This document shows, one piece after another, positions 14,911 to 24,832 of a stretch of 64,000 nucleotides of DNA. Made by a program: the position numbers and the translations under genes. Within the stretch, counting starts at the first letter, position 1, and the number at the start of each line of letters is the position of its first letter. The notes beneath the pieces are model-generated. The model saw only the letters and a program-made list of their open reading frames with translations, had not been told where the DNA came from and ran no database searches. The DNA comes from an uncultured virus (IMG/VR IMGVR_UViG_3300028840_008158) (Duplodnaviria > Heunggongvirae > Uroviricota > Caudoviricetes), in IMG/VR virus record IMGVR_UViG_3300028840_008158. The stretch is one strand, 5' to 3'.

Positions 14911-16545
14911 CTACAGCTTCTTGAACCGCGATTCGGGCACGGCGTTCGCCGCCTCGGGCTTGTGCCTCAACGGGAGGTGGGCCATGCGCATGCGCCCCTT
15001 CTCGGCGCGAAGCTTCTCTATCTCGTCCTGCATCGTCACGAACAGCGGGACGCAAACCCCGCATTCATCCAACAAGTCCCTCGTCGTGAACTCCCGCTTC
15101 TCGTCGGCGAAGGCCCAGTTCATGGCGTCCTCCACGACGCCCTCAATCTCGGCCCCGGAGAAGTACTGGCTCGCCGCCACGAGCGCGTCGAGATCGAACT
15201 TCGACGATTCCCGCTGGCGTTTCCTCAAGTGGATCGAGAAGATGCTCTTCCTCGCCTCCTCGTCGGGGAGGTCGACGAAGAACCGCTCGTTGAAGCGCCC
15301 CTTCCTGACCACGGCCGGCGGGATTCCCTCCATGGAGTTCGAGGCGGCGACGACGAACACCGGGGCGGTCTTCTCCTGCATCCAGTCTAGGATCGACCCG
15401 ATGACGCGCCTCGTCACGCCGCCGTCGCCCTGGGATCCCGTGGCCCCGGAGAACGCCTTGTCGAGCTCGTCGATGAACAGTACGCACGGCGCGATGCCCT
15501 CGGCGATCTTCAGGGCGCGCCGCATGTTGTTCTCCGACTCGCCGACGTAGCTCGAGAAGAGCCTGCCCATGTCGAGCTTCAGGAGCGGTACCTGGAACTC
15601 GTTGGCCACGACCTTGGCGCAGAGGCTCTTCCCGCAGCCTTGCACCCCCAACAGGAAGATGCCCTTCGGCGGCTTGATCCCGTAAGCCTTGGCCTCGTCC
15701 CCGAAGGCCAGCTTGCGGAGCCTTATGTACTCCTTGACGCCGTCCATGCCGCCGATGTCGTCCATGGTCTCCTCGGAGAATATCTGGTCGAGGAGCTCGC
15801 CCTTGCGGACGACCTGGCGCTTCAGGTCGTTCAGGACGCCCACGTCGAAGCGGTCCTTCATGACGATGGACTTGGCGAGCGCGTCCTCCGCCTCCTGGAG
15901 GGTCAGGCCCATGAGGGCGCGCACGACGGGTTCCGGATCCTCCTCGTACGCCTCCTTGCTGATGCGCTTGCGCTCCTTGAGGACCTTCCGGATCGCCATG
16001 ACGCAAGCCTGGAGCTGGGGCTCCCCGGGAAGCGGGTAGTCCACGACGGCGACGCTCTTCTCGATCCCGGCGGGGAGGCGCAACTGGGGCGACGTGATGA
16101 CGACGAACTTGCTCGTGTACTTGAGCGCCGAGGCGAGGTTGCGGAGCTTGCGCTCGACCTCCGGGAACGATTCCTCGTTCTCTCCCAGGTAGCGGAACAT
16201 GTCGCAGAGAACGTACATGGGTCCCGGCTGGGCTTGCGTCCGCGCCTTCTTGCCCATCGCCATCTCTTCCTCGATCTGCTCGGTAATGTGATCGAGAACC
16301 TGTTCCGGGTTGACGAGGGGCTCCTTGGACGGGACGGGGGTTCCGTCGGCCGTCGTGAGGCCCCGGCCCGAGTCCCAGACGTGGATTTCGGGTATACCGA
16401 TGGCCTCCTTGTCGCAGACTCGCTGGAGGGAGTCTATGACGCGCTGTTCCTCCCACGTGACGACGTAGATCATCGCGTAGCGGGAGCGGATCAGGTACTC
16501 GATCTCCTGGTCGGCGTCGCAATCGGGGTATTCGTAGTCACTCAT
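14911..16545 (-). CDS. AAA+ ATPase, Ycf46-like
   Basis: GVQGCGKS, LFIDELDK, SRH VRKGRF, inactive N-terminal AAA-like domain. Confidence 0.92.
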   Translation of the reverse strand: MSDYEYPDCDADQEIEYLIRSRYAMIYVVTWEEQRVIDSLQRVCDKEAIGIPEIHVWDSGRGLTTADGTPVPSKEPLVNPEQVLDHITEQIEEEMAMGKKARTQAQPGPMYVLCDMFRYLGENEESFPEVERKLRNLASALKYTSKFVVITSPQLRLPAGIEKSVAVVDYPLPGEPQLQACVMAIRKVLKERKRISKEAYEEDPEPVVRALMGLTLQEAEDALAKSIVMKDRFDVGVLNDLKRQVVRKGELLDQIFSEETMDDIGGMDGVKEYIRLRKLAFGDEAKAYGIKPPKGIFLLGVQGCGKSLCAKVVANEFQVPLLKLDMGRLFSSYVGESENNMRRALKIAEGIAPCVLFIDELDKAFSGATGSQGDGGVTRRVIGSILDWMQEKTAPVFVVAASNSMEGIPPAVVRKGRFNERFFVDLPDEEARKSIFSIHLRKRQRESSKFDLDALVAASQYFSGAEIEGVVEDAMNWAFADEKREFTTRDLLDECGVCVPLFVTMQDEIEKLRAEKGRMRMAHLPLRHKPEAANAVPESRFKKL

Positions 16546-18100
16546 GGCTTATCCCTTCCGGGGGTTGCATGGACAGGTCGCAGGCGATCTTGACGGCGTC
16601 CTTCAGCTCCGTCCTCCAATCGCCCCACAGGCTCGAGTCCTGGACGGGCAGGCGCTCCGTCGTGTCATGGGTTCGCTCGAGGTATCTCTTGGCGGAGGCC
16701 TTGTCCTTGGCCTTCGCCATGTACCTCGCCATCAGGTTGATCATGTACCGCTTGGCGTTGGACGGGTTCAGGCTGCGCTCGTCGCGCAGGTACTCGGAGA
16801 AGATGACGAACCCGTACGTGACCAGGCAGAGCACCTGGTCGAAGTCCTTGTCCCCGGCGTTCCTGAGTTCCACGTAGGCTTGCTCGACAAGCTTGCGCGT
16901 CTTCCTAGCCTCGATCTCGCCCCGCGACATCAGTTCCGGGGGGCGCGGGTTCTTGTCCGACAGGTGCCTGTCGAAGAACATCCGTACGTAGTAGCGGCCG
17001 AGCAATTGGTTCGGATGCGGGACGCCGGGGTGTTCCGGGATTCGATTGCTGACCTTCCGGATGCTCGCGAGCATGGCCGGGTCATGGAACCACTTGATGT
17101 ACTCGGCGATCTCTCGGTTGGTCGGCCCGTACCCGCAAACGTCGTAGAACACCTGCTTGATGCGCCCGACGAACGTCTCCATGTACTCCCGCGTGGCGGG
17201 GATCGTGTCCTGCAAAAGCCCGGGGACGCCGAACGCCTGGTCGTAAACCTCGACGTATGCTCGGAACAGTTGCGCTATCGTTACGCCTGACTTCGAGTTC
17301 GGGTCGATGGGCCGGGCCGCGGAGGGCTTCAGTCGCCTGCCGCGATTGTTCGGTTTTCCAAGGGGGTTAGCCACGTGGCCGCGTTTTATCAGTCGGTTGG
17401 CTTCGGCGGCCCGCTGCGCTTGCGTCTGGGAACCTGACTCCTTTCCCCTCGGAAGGGGCTCGGAGTCGTTTCCTTTGGATGGAGTATGAATCCCCCCCTC
17501 CGAAACGCGGCGGGAGCCGCGTTTGTGCGGCGGCCCTTGGGCCGCCGCATTATGGGCCGAAGGCCCACCTTTCGAGTCTTCAACGAGGGGGTATATTTGG
17601 GGGTAGTCGTTATCTATACTGCTTTTTCCATACTCATCCTTATATATGGGGGAAAAATTTTCCCCCGGCTTGTGGAAAAATTTTCTCGGGCCCGGCAAAA
17701 AAGAAGAATCCATGTTTTTCCTCCTCGGAGCCTTGTTGCGGTAGGCGTAGGAGTTGACTCCCTTCCTCGCCCTGTACGCCGCCAAGGACTCCACCATGAG
17801 AGTTTGCGGTACCGACAGGCGCCTGACACGCCTGCCTTCGTTCCACGTTATCGAGACGATTCCCTGGTCCTCCATGTACGCGAGATGATGACGGAACGTC
17901 TTCAACGTCGGCTTCCTGCCATCATAGAGATCGAGCATGTTCTTCGGGAGCATGTAGTTGCCGTTCTTCCTGGGGAAGCGGCCGATGATCTCGATGATCC
18001 GGCATTGGACGTGGTTCAGGGCTTGCTTGCCCCTTTCGTCCTGGAGCTTCATGAGGACGTTGATGATCTTCTTGTTGCTGTCATGGACGAACATGGTCAC
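16538..18100 (-). CDS. putative replication initiator (N-terminal winged HTH, disordered linker)
   Basis: TLKTFRHHLAYMEDQGIVS wHTH-like segment; first gene of the loader/dnaB/primase operon; internal AT-rich repeats. Confidence 0.55.
   Translation of the reverse strand: MTMFVHDSNKKIINVLMKLQDERGKQALNHVQCRIIEIIGRFPRKNGNYMLPKNMLDLYDGRKPTLKTFRHHLAYMEDQGIVSITWNEGRRVRRLSVPQTLMVESLAAYRARKGVNSYAYRNKAPRRKNMDSSFLPGPRKFFHKPGENFSPIYKDEYGKSSIDNDYPQIYPLVEDSKGGPSAHNAAAQGPPHKRGSRRVSEGGIHTPSKGNDSEPLPRGKESGSQTQAQRAAEANRLIKRGHVANPLGKPNNRGRRLKPSAARPIDPNSKSGVTIAQLFRAYVEVYDQAFGVPGLLQDTIPATREYMETFVGRIKQVFYDVCGYGPTNREIAEYIKWFHDPAMLASIRKVSNRIPEHPGVPHPNQLLGRYYVRMFFDRHLSDKNPRPPELMSRGEIEARKTRKLVEQAYVELRNAGDKDFDQVLCLVTYGFVIFSEYLRDERSLNPSNAKRYMINLMARYMAKAKDKASAKRYLERTHDTTERLPVQDSSLWGDWRTELKDAVKIACDLSMQPPEGISHE
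17590..17712. other. putative replication origin inside the initiator gene
   Basis: GGAAAAATTTTC at 17651 and 17674; near-palindrome GGGGGAAAAATTTTCCCCC at 17648-17666; adjacent AT-rich tract. Confidence 0.45.
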
Positions 18101-18214
18101 CTCGTATGGATACTACGGCGAGGGAAGGGGCTTGACGGACCACGACGGAAGATTAGGATCCATAATGAGCGTCATGCGACGAAACGGAGGAATACCCCGG
18201 CCAGAGGGAACGCC

Positions 18215-18793
18215 ATGAACTACGAGCCCCTGTTTACGGGTCGTCGGGGGTGGTGGACGGTCCCCCTGACCGACCCTAGAATCTTGCCCCTCATCAAGAG
18301 GTTTTCGGTGAACTTAGGGGACGGAGGACTCGCGGCGGGCGGTTGGTTCGTCGAGGTCGACGTCATACCGGCGACCATCGAGGGCGAGTACTCTCCGCGC
18401 GGGTTCCTTCGCAGGATGAGAGACGAGGAGGCGGCGACGTTCATAGTTCCTTATTCCAATCCGGGACGAGAAGCCAGCTTTACCGCGGTCATCGACGCCG
18501 TCCTCAAGACGGCGCAACTTCGCGGAGAGAGTTTTGGCCCCCCGGAGATCGAAATGTCGTTCGAAGCGAGGCTTTGCCGCAGTTGGACGGTTCATGACTC
18601 CCCGATGACGAGGCTTTTGCGGAGGGCCGTAACGGGAATCGAGGAAACCGACCCGTGGGTCGGGGTTTGGCGCGACATCAAGGTAACCCGGGATTACAGG
18701 TACGCCAACGCGATGTTGGGAAACCCCAAATGGGCCTTCGGCGACGGGCTTAGTTCCGTCTATGACCTGATGGAATCCCTTCCGAGGATTTAG
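18215..18793 (+). CDS. hypothetical protein
   Basis: MNYEPLF..., GAGGG RBS; upstream TTGACG-16-TAGGAT at 18132-18159. Confidence 0.6.
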   Translation: MNYEPLFTGRRGWWTVPLTDPRILPLIKRFSVNLGDGGLAAGGWFVEVDVIPATIEGEYSPRGFLRRMRDEEAATFIVPYSNPGREASFTAVIDAVLKTAQLRGESFGPPEIEMSFEARLCRSWTVHDSPMTRLLRRAVTGIEETDPWVGVWRDIKVTRDYRYANAMLGNPKWAFGDGLSSVYDLMESLPRI

Positions 18794-19503
18794 GGTTGCA
18801 GCCCCTCCGAGAACTTCTTCTGGAGCTCCCGGTCCTCGTCGGTCCTCGGGTAACGATCCTCGAGTATCTTCGTGTTGCGCGTCGACGTCTCGTTCCAGCC
18901 CTCAACGCCCCCGCAGGTCATGTGCCCGACGTGCCACATGGGGAACTCGGTCTTCCAGCAGTCGAAATCCTTGGGTACCTGGCGGTACTTGTATCCCTTG
19001 GCGAGGCACTTGAGGCTGAAGTCGCAGTCCTCCCCGGCGCCGGGGTTGAAGACCTCGTCAAGCAACCCAAACTCGTAGAGCGTCTTTCGACGGATCATGA
19101 CCATGCTGAACACCAGGAAGGGCTTGTCCTTGGCCCAGACGTCCTTGGAGCTTCCCGTCATGACCGTCTGGGGGTCTTGGTCGATGGGCTCCTCGAGGAT
19201 GCTGAGCCAGTTCTTTCCCCAGTCCAGCAGCACGATGTCGTCATTGGTCAGGACGACCTTGTCCCCGCTACTTCTGACGATCCCGACGTTGATGGCCTTC
19301 GTGTAACCCAGCGCGTCGGGCGTCGAGACGAGCTTGAACCGGTCGTCGTTCAGCGACTTGATGTATTCCTCGCTGCCGTCCTTGCAGCCGTTGCACACGA
19401 CGACGACCTCCGAGTCGCGGAGGTCGCTCTTCAGCATGCTCTCGACGCATGGCTTGAGGCATTGCTCGAGGTGGTTGTACGTCGGGATGACGATGGATAT
19501 CAT
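18790..19503 (-). CDS. glycosyltransferase family 2
   Basis: ISIVIPTYN, LTNDD, GEDCDF. Confidence 0.9.
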   Translation of the reverse strand: MISIVIPTYNHLEQCLKPCVESMLKSDLRDSEVVVVCNGCKDGSEEYIKSLNDDRFKLVSTPDALGYTKAINVGIVRSSGDKVVLTNDDIVLLDWGKNWLSILEEPIDQDPQTVMTGSSKDVWAKDKPFLVFSMVMIRRKTLYEFGLLDEVFNPGAGEDCDFSLKCLAKGYKYRQVPKDFDCWKTEFPMWHVGHMTCGGVEGWNETSTRNTKILEDRYPRTDEDRELQKKFSEGLQP

Positions 19504-19513
19504 GGATGCCTTC

Positions 19514-19891
19514 CTACGTGCTGGCGTGGTTGACCTTGCCCTCGGGTATGAACCCGAACATGTCGTCGATATTCTTCTTGGCCTTGACGCGAAGCTTGTT
19601 TATGTCCCTGATCTCTATGGCGCGCCTCCCGTACTCGGCGAGGTCGAGCTCCTGTTGCGCCATCGGGTCTTCCTTGTACTCCTGGCGCATGGACGCCTCC
19701 AGCATCCAGATCTTCGAGTTGGCCTCTTGCAGGTCGAGGAGATGAACCGCGAACGCCATTTTGCCCTCCAGCAGGAGGCGCTCCACCTCGCTCGCGTACG
19801 CGCCCAGCTTCAACGCGGCGTCCTTGTCGAACGTGGCCTTCATGCGCAGTATCGTGTATCGGTCGGCGATCTCGCCCGGGGGCATTTCCAT
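19514..19891 (-). CDS. helical hypothetical protein (DUF6165-like)
   Basis: GEIADRYTILRMK...NSKIWMLE...INKLR..AK..ID. Confidence 0.6.
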   Translation of the reverse strand: MEMPPGEIADRYTILRMKATFDKDAALKLGAYASEVERLLLEGKMAFAVHLLDLQEANSKIWMLEASMRQEYKEDPMAQQELDLAEYGRRAIEIRDINKLRVKAKKNIDDMFGFIPEGKVNHAST

Positions 19892-19893
19892 GG

Positions 19894-20043
19894 TCAAACC
19901 CCGTATTCGCTGGAAAGGTAATCGATCAGGTGTTGCGCGGTCTGCTTGAACACGGCGGCCTCTTTCCTCTTGAGGGCGTGCGTCCGGCGGCGCTTGCCGT
20001 TCTTGAAGCAACGAATGGCGTACACGGCGGTCTTCTTCGGCAT
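19894..20043 (-). CDS. small basic protein
   Basis: MPKKTAVY..., GGAGG RBS; missing from the ORF track. Confidence 0.5.
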   Translation of the reverse strand: MPKKTAVYAIRCFKNGKRRRTHALKRKEAAVFKQTAQHLIDYLSSEYGV

Positions 20044-20061
20044 GGTTCCTCCGTCGTCATT

Positions 20062-21591
20062 CTACAGCGCGAGCGACGCCCGGCTGTCGTCGATCACGAA
20101 CTCGGGCTCCGTCTCGAGTATCTTGCGCCTCAGCTTGGCGTGGTTCCTGAGCCATTTCGTGTGGTCGTAGAACTCCTCGATGTAGGCGATCTTCTTCTCC
20201 GGGTCATTCGGGTCGGGCCGGATGAAGCGCCCCACCCGTTGCAGCTCTCGCGTGGAGCTCTTGCCGCCCCCGGCGAAGAGGCCCGCGCCGGCCGCCGGGA
20301 CGTCGACGCCCTCGTCCAGGAGGCTCGTCCCGATGATGCACATGAGCTCGCGCCTGCGCATCGCGTCGAGCAACTCCTTGCGTCTCTTGGGGGCTTTCTT
20401 GGCCTTCCCCGAAGAACACAATATCTCCGACCCGTCGATCAGCGCGGCGAGCTTCTCGGCGTGCTTGACCCACTTGACGAGGACGATGGTTGGGCGCTCC
20501 TTTGACACATGGAAGTTGGCTCGATCGGCGATCCATTGGTTCCTGGCGACGTTGTCCACGACGAAGGCCTCGTAATGGGCGTTGAACGCGCCGTGATCGC
20601 CGAGCGACTGGTTGAAGTGGTTGAACGTGATGACCGGCTTGAGCAGGTAGCCCTCCTGGATCAGGAAGGAGGCCGTGATGTCGCAAAGCCTGCGCCCGAA
20701 GCAGGCCTCGATGAGGATGTCGAGCCCGTCGTCGCGCCACGGAGACGCCGATCCGCCCAGGCGGAACCGGGCCGAGTGGCTGTTGTTCAGTATGGACTGG
20801 ATCGTGTTACACGAACAATGTTGGCATTCGTCCGTGTAGACGAACTGGGCCGACTTGACCATCTCGCGGATGTCGGCCTTCTGGGCCTCCGAGAACTCGG
20901 TCTTGTCGTCCGACGAGTAATCGTCAAACGAGTATTTCGTGTATTTGCCCGTCAGGACGCGCTCGCAGCTCTGGACCGTGGCGATCGTTATCGGTTGGAT
21001 GTCGCATTGCCCGGCGCCGACCTGGCCGATCTTCGCTGGCTTGCCGTCCTTCGTGACGTACTTCTGGAACCGCTCCTTGGCCTGCAAGAGCAGATCGCAG
21101 GACGTCACGTAGAAGACGGCGGGGAAACACGATGCTCGAACGACGATCTCCACGACGACCTCGGTCTTGCCCGAACCCGTACTTGCTTTTATTACGCCTC
21201 GCTCGCGCTTCAGCGCCTCCTGGACGATTGGTTCCTGGTAGTCGCGCATCGTGAGCCCCTGCGTCGCCCATCCGGGCTCCGGGACCGTGACGAGGCGCTG
21301 GTCGTCCTTGGACCACTCGACGCCCCTGGCGTTGAGGATCTCGGCGGCGTAGGAGGCGAGCCCCGTCGGGAACGACAGCCCCGGGATGCCCCCCCTGTTG
21401 ACCATGGCGACGGTCTTGGTCCCGTCCCACTTGCGTCCCGCCTGGAGGGCGTACTTGTAGGTCGACATGAACTTGAAGTTGGGGACGACGTAGGAGAGGG
21501 TTTTGCGAATCTCGTTGCGTACTTCTATGGGCAGGTCACCCTCGATGAGGCTATTTACGTTCCGGATTCGAAGGACGACGGGTCCGGGCAT
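20062..21591 (-). CDS. superfamily 2 helicase (UvsW/Rad25-like)
   Basis: MRDYQ, STGSGKT, DECQH, SAS, EGVDVP, QRVGR. Confidence 0.92.
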   Translation of the reverse strand: MPGPVVLRIRNVNSLIEGDLPIEVRNEIRKTLSYVVPNFKFMSTYKYALQAGRKWDGTKTVAMVNRGGIPGLSFPTGLASYAAEILNARGVEWSKDDQRLVTVPEPGWATQGLTMRDYQEPIVQEALKRERGVIKASTGSGKTEVVVEIVVRASCFPAVFYVTSCDLLLQAKERFQKYVTKDGKPAKIGQVGAGQCDIQPITIATVQSCERVLTGKYTKYSFDDYSSDDKTEFSEAQKADIREMVKSAQFVYTDECQHCSCNTIQSILNNSHSARFRLGGSASPWRDDGLDILIEACFGRRLCDITASFLIQEGYLLKPVITFNHFNQSLGDHGAFNAHYEAFVVDNVARNQWIADRANFHVSKERPTIVLVKWVKHAEKLAALIDGSEILCSSGKAKKAPKRRKELLDAMRRRELMCIIGTSLLDEGVDVPAAGAGLFAGGGKSSTRELQRVGRFIRPDPNDPEKKIAYIEEFYDHTKWLRNHAKLRRKILETEPEFVIDDSRASLAL

Positions 21592-22054
21592 GAGGGTTCC
21601 TCCGCCTCCTCTTCTTGGGCAAGAGGATTTCGGGTTGGTCCTTGACGCCGCTATGGTCGGCTGGAGTCCCCAGCCCAGGCTGCGTTACGACGTCGCCAAG
21701 GTTTCCGATCTTGATGATGATCACCGACTTCCCCCTTCAAGGGGGACTTCCACGACGATCCTTCTTGATCCTTGCTTGTGGCTGCGCAGCCACGATGACC
21801 TGAAAAACGACAACCGCGAACAAACGGCCCACTTCAACCTTCAACGTCAAACCCGGGTCTTTCTTCCCGCCCGTACGTGGCGGTCCTTCTCCGTTGGGGG
21901 GTTTGGGGGTCGCGCTCGTCCAGCTCCATGTCCTTGCATGCCAAGCTCTCGCCCGCAGAGGCAGGTACCTTGTCGCCGGACACTTATGGGGTTTTGGTCC
22001 TCCGATGCCCCGCGTGCTGGCCCATCGTTGGCGGCCACGCGGTTACCGCCAGAT

Positions 22055-22402
22055 TCACACGTTGGCCACGAAGCCTGGTTGCCCGATTTGCGTCTTGAAC
22101 GCCATGCAGAGCGGGGGCTTGGGGGGTTCCTTCTCGCCGACCTCGACCCTCGAGAAATGGAGTGGTTCGGACGTCCCGCACTTGCCCCGGTTCGTCGCCT
22201 CGTCGAGCTCCCACTGGTCGCATTTTTGGCACGCGCAGCAGTCGATCTCGACGTAATTGTCCGTCTGGGACTTCTCACCATCCTTGGAAAAGGACAGACA
22301 CTCGCCACCCGACCCGGCCTCCAAGTTCTTTGCCCGGCAAGTCTTGAAGCTGTTCATCGGGCACGATGTTTCCGAGCAAGTGACGAAGGTGGTCGTGTTC
22401 AT
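22055..22402 (-). CDS. Cys-rich protein with two DUF1540-like repeats
   Basis: VTCSETSCPMN..TCRA...CLSF and IDCCACQKC...C...CMAF. Confidence 0.65.
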   Translation of the reverse strand: MNTTTFVTCSETSCPMNSFKTCRAKNLEAGSGGECLSFSKDGEKSQTDNYVEIDCCACQKCDQWELDEATNRGKCGTSEPLHFSRVEVGEKEPPKPPLCMAFKTQIGQPGFVANV

Positions 22403-22716
22403 TTCCCGTCCCCCTCCCCGTCCTCCTCCTTCGCGGGTTCTTCCCTGTCGGGCGTCGGGAGCATCGTCGCGACCTCGCGGATGAGCGATAGCGCGGCGTC
22501 CCTGTTCCCGGCCACGACGTAGGTTCGGGTCATGTGAACCTTCTTGAACAGGATGAAGGACTCGTGCTTCTCGGCCTCGACCTCGTTGGAGGTCATGAAA
22601 TCGGCCTGGAGGGCCGACTCGAGCCTTTGACAGATGGCGTTCGCCTGGACCAACTGGTTGTTGACCAGAAAGTTGTTGATCCGGCAAACGTTGACTGCTA
22701 GTTCCTCGTATTCCAT
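22399..22716 (-). CDS. hypothetical protein
   Basis: GGAGG RBS; coupled to the next gene. Confidence 0.65.
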   Translation of the reverse strand: MEYEELAVNVCRINNFLVNNQLVQANAICQRLESALQADFMTSNEVEAEKHESFILFKKVHMTRTYVVAGNRDAALSLIREVATMLPTPDREEPAKEEDGEGDGK

Positions 22717-22810
22717 TATTGGACCCTCCGGTTCCGGAGGGATGATACGGCGTTCAATCTCGATTTCAGATATTTTTCAGCCACGCCCCGTAGAGCGACC
22801 TAACTTCTCT

Positions 22811-24832
22811 TCATACCGAGGTCGTCCCCCTCCACGCCTCCTTCAGCCAACGATCGACGGCCCCGAACGCCTCGCCGCCGTAGGGGTCCCAGCGGGAACG
22901 GAGCTTTTCCAGGACGTCCCCCTGGGGCTGGCCTCGCGTCGCGATCTCGTCCTCGAGCTGCCCGACGTTGTCGTATATCTTGCTCTTGTACCCCTTTTGC
23001 CCCAGAACGCCCTCGTCGATGCCTATTTTCAAGTCTGGCAGCGCGCGCATGGCCCTTGCGACTCTGTCCTTGTCGACCTCGCCCTCCGACTCGAAGGTTG
23101 CGCCTTCGGGCTCGAAGTGGATTCGATAGTAGCCGTGCTGGTACATCGCGACGTACGGCCCCTCGTCGAGGCTCCACCCGTTCTTCCGGGCTATCTGTTC
23201 GGCGACATAACCGTGTTCCCAGAAATCGACGATCCAATACGTCCCGTCGGGGCCAAGCCACGCCCCGTAGGATTCCGTGTCTTCTTTCGTGAACGGGCCC
23301 TTCTTCTCGACGAAGGCGACGCGCACGCGGCGAGCGGTTCTTTTATAGGGGTCCCAGCGCTCGCGCAGGCGTTCCATGACGGTCGGCTCGTCGCGCGTCT
23401 TCTCCAGGAAGTCGTACAGGTTCTCGTATATGTTGTAGTCCGGGGATTCCACGACGATCCTCGACTCGGGCCATTCCTTGACGGCCTCGGCGATCATCTC
23501 GTTCGGGATGGGTTTGGTCCCGTCGAACACGATGCGCCTGCGATCAAGGTAGAGGTCGAAGATGATGCGGTAGTAGCCCTTTCCCCACAACACGTCGTAC
23601 GGGTTCGAGTACGGGTCCCAGCCATTTTGCTCCACTATCTCGGCGGCCGCGTCCTCGTGTCCGGCGTCGTATATGACGGGGTAATACGTCCCGTCGGGCG
23701 CGAGCCACGCCCCGTACATGTTTTTAGCGTCCCTACCGAAGGGGATGCGCCTGGGGCTTAGGTTCCAGTCCCAGGCTTGCTTGAGCCAGCGATTCGTAGC
23801 GGCCCACGCGGAGCCACTGTAGGGGTCGTAACGGGAGGTTCCGAGGGGTGACACGTCCTGCTCGGGGGACCCCATGCCCTTCTGAACCTTGTACTCGGCC
23901 ACGTTCGCGTAGTGCTGCCACCCGGCCGCGTCGCTTACGCCGATCCTTACGGCCGGCATCCTCTCCATCGCCTCGGCAACGAGACCGGGCTTCATCACGT
24001 GTCCTTCCCCCGTTGCGAACGATATCATGTCCCCCTGCGAGATGTCGCCCGTGGGCTCCTTGAAGAGGGAAAAGATGATCCTGACGTATCCCTTGTCGTA
24101 AAGGGTTTCGTAGGCTTCCTCGTTGTTGAAGGGGATGTCCCAACCTTTTTCCTTTATGATCGAGTCGGCCATGGCATCGTGGCGGTATTCGTCTACCGGG
24201 TAGTAGGATCCGTCGGGAGCGAGCCACGCCCCGTAGGTTCCCCTGTCCGCGTCCGTGAACGGGATATTCTTTGTTTCGGGGCTGACGACGTTCCATGCCT
24301 TCCTGACCCAGCGGCTCGTGGCCGCCCACGCCGCGCCCCCGTAGGGGTCGTAGCGGCTGCTCGGCGCGTCGAGGACCGACGACGGGCTCGTCGCGAGGTT
24401 CTTTTCCTTATATTCTTCCAGGTTCTCGTATTTTGCGTACCCCCCTTTCCAGCCTATCTCGAGCCCGGCGTGGGGCAGATTCCGCATGGCCGCGATGACC
24501 AGTTCGGGATCGGGGGGCGTTGGTTCTTCACAATCGATGCCTACGACGTTTTTTCTCCCCGTAGACCCCGACCACGTCTCGAACGTCACGCGATGGTACC
24601 CGTGATCGAAAAGGACTTGGTAGATGAAAACGGGATCGTCGTGTTTGTACGGATCATCCGGGTCGTCTTTTGGCTCCCATCCGTTTTTTCTGGCGATTTG
24701 CCACGCCACCGGGGCGTGCTCCTCCCAGCCGACCTCGACGTACGTACCGTCGGGAGCGAGCCACGCTCCGTACGCGTTCTTCATGCTCTCGGGGAACGGG
24801 ATGGAGCTCGTCTTGAAGGCCCTCTTGATCAT
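22811..24832 (-). CDS. protein with four tandem domains of about 160-175 aa (possible internal head polyprotein)
   Basis: four copies of PF...YGAWL(A/G)PDG(T/S)Y...H...A..I....GW...GY.RI.F...(Y/W)DPY. Confidence 0.85.
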   Translation of the reverse strand: MIKRAFKTSSIPFPESMKNAYGAWLAPDGTYVEVGWEEHAPVAWQIARKNGWEPKDDPDDPYKHDDPVFIYQVLFDHGYHRVTFETWSGSTGRKNVVGIDCEEPTPPDPELVIAAMRNLPHAGLEIGWKGGYAKYENLEEYKEKNLATSPSSVLDAPSSRYDPYGGAAWAATSRWVRKAWNVVSPETKNIPFTDADRGTYGAWLAPDGSYYPVDEYRHDAMADSIIKEKGWDIPFNNEEAYETLYDKGYVRIIFSLFKEPTGDISQGDMISFATGEGHVMKPGLVAEAMERMPAVRIGVSDAAGWQHYANVAEYKVQKGMGSPEQDVSPLGTSRYDPYSGSAWAATNRWLKQAWDWNLSPRRIPFGRDAKNMYGAWLAPDGTYYPVIYDAGHEDAAAEIVEQNGWDPYSNPYDVLWGKGYYRIIFDLYLDRRRIVFDGTKPIPNEMIAEAVKEWPESRIVVESPDYNIYENLYDFLEKTRDEPTVMERLRERWDPYKRTARRVRVAFVEKKGPFTKEDTESYGAWLGPDGTYWIVDFWEHGYVAEQIARKNGWSLDEGPYVAMYQHGYYRIHFEPEGATFESEGEVDKDRVARAMRALPDLKIGIDEGVLGQKGYKSKIYDNVGQLEDEIATRGQPQGDVLEKLRSRWDPYGGEAFGAVDRWLKEAWRGTTSV

